Assembly (NCBI RefSeq): GCF_963921235.1
Contig: NC_086108.1
Location: forward strand, 74,650,001 to 74,714,000
Reading direction: 5' to 3'
Origin: Mobula hypostoma
Lineage: Eukaryota
DNA: 64,000 nt
The notes under the pieces are model-generated. The model ran no database searches. It saw only the letters and a program-made list of their open reading frames with translations, and was not told the DNA's origin. This document shows positions 63,316 to 64,000 of the stretch, one piece after another. Each line of letters starts with the position of its first letter. The stretch's first letter is position 1. The position numbers were made by a program, and so were the translations under genes.

Positions 63316-64000
63316 AAAAGAAAAATAACTTTTAAAACTTTGGTCATGGTAAGGAGAAGGAAATAGCTTCAGTGATGATCAGAGTCAGGGTTGTCTGCCC
63401 CCCACTTTCACCGGCAGCCTAGGCGATCACCCATGACTGAGATGACAGTGGGTTTAGGGCAGCCAGACAAGCAAAGCAGCATGTGCAACTTCGTATGGTT
63501 AGAGAGCTCTTTTGCTTCATCTGAATCCTTTGGTTTCTTGAAACCTGAAATCTGAGTCCTTATTTATATTTCAGGAGTGGCTCAGGAGTGGCTCAGAAGC
63601 GGTCTTATCATAATCTCTTATCCTCTCTTGTTCCTTTATGAGACATGAATAATATAGTAATCATTTCTTGTAGTTGAGTTTGTTTGGAAAATTGTGAGCT
63701 TGTTGTTTTAAAGATGGTCATTTCTGAGCATAATATCCTTGCGACTTGCTTTTAACTAGAATTCATGTTTTCTTTCAAATAAAATCTCTGATTACTAACA
63801 GAGGCTTAATGGATTCAGAATATTTTCACTCCTAGCTCATCAGATCCTGACTAAATGGTGCATTTTTCCTGAACACATTGTGGCTGCTTAATAATGCAGT
63901 AGTAAGCTGTGACCTTTATCCTCATGTCTATATCTGTTACATGACGTAGCATTGTTCTGTTGGAGCTGGGGTTGTAAAGGCTGACTCACGCATTTCTACC

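Noticed and set aside
59098..63596. Short tandem duplications (22 bp x2 at 59098; tcaggagtggc x2 at 63571) as CRISPR-like or functional arrays
   Set aside because: There are no spacers and only two units; these look like ordinary slippage duplications in eukaryotic DNA.
1..64000. Remaining 60-150 aa ORFs in the track, and prokaryote-type systems
   Set aside because: They are chance frames or antisense and shifted frames of repeats. There is no operon structure or recognisable non-TE protein other than PLPP3.

Overview
Eukaryotic, AT-rich, repeat-dense vertebrate DNA. The repeat set (CR1, Rex1/Babar-like LINEs, V-SINE and Deu-SINE-like elements, Neptune-type Penelope) suggests a cartilaginous fish, probably a ray; this is inference. 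The window lies inside one + strand gene, PLPP3 (lipid phosphate phosphatase 3). Three coding exons with canonical AG/GT boundaries are present (21528-21808, 25750-25807, 58792-58968), and together they carry intact C1/C2/C3 catalytic motifs. I did not find the upstream or terminal exons. The introns are filled with mostly decayed transposons, often nested. The most interesting system is a hammerhead-ribozyme-carrying Penelope-like element (PLE) family. Three near-identical young insertions of 1447, 190 and 77 bp each have 13-15 bp target-site duplications, the same two ends and a variable fold-back junction. One has an intact minimal hammerhead, and one is a perfect 68-bp hairpin whose junction falls on the predicted cleavage site. 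About nine older remnants of its terminal repeat (pLTR) are also present, several starting at the 5' edge of the ribozyme. Other elements include a full-length IR/DR Tc1 transposon, Harbinger and hAT MITEs sharing an internal module, and a young tRNA-derived SINE. Boundaries of old repeats are approximate (read by eye).
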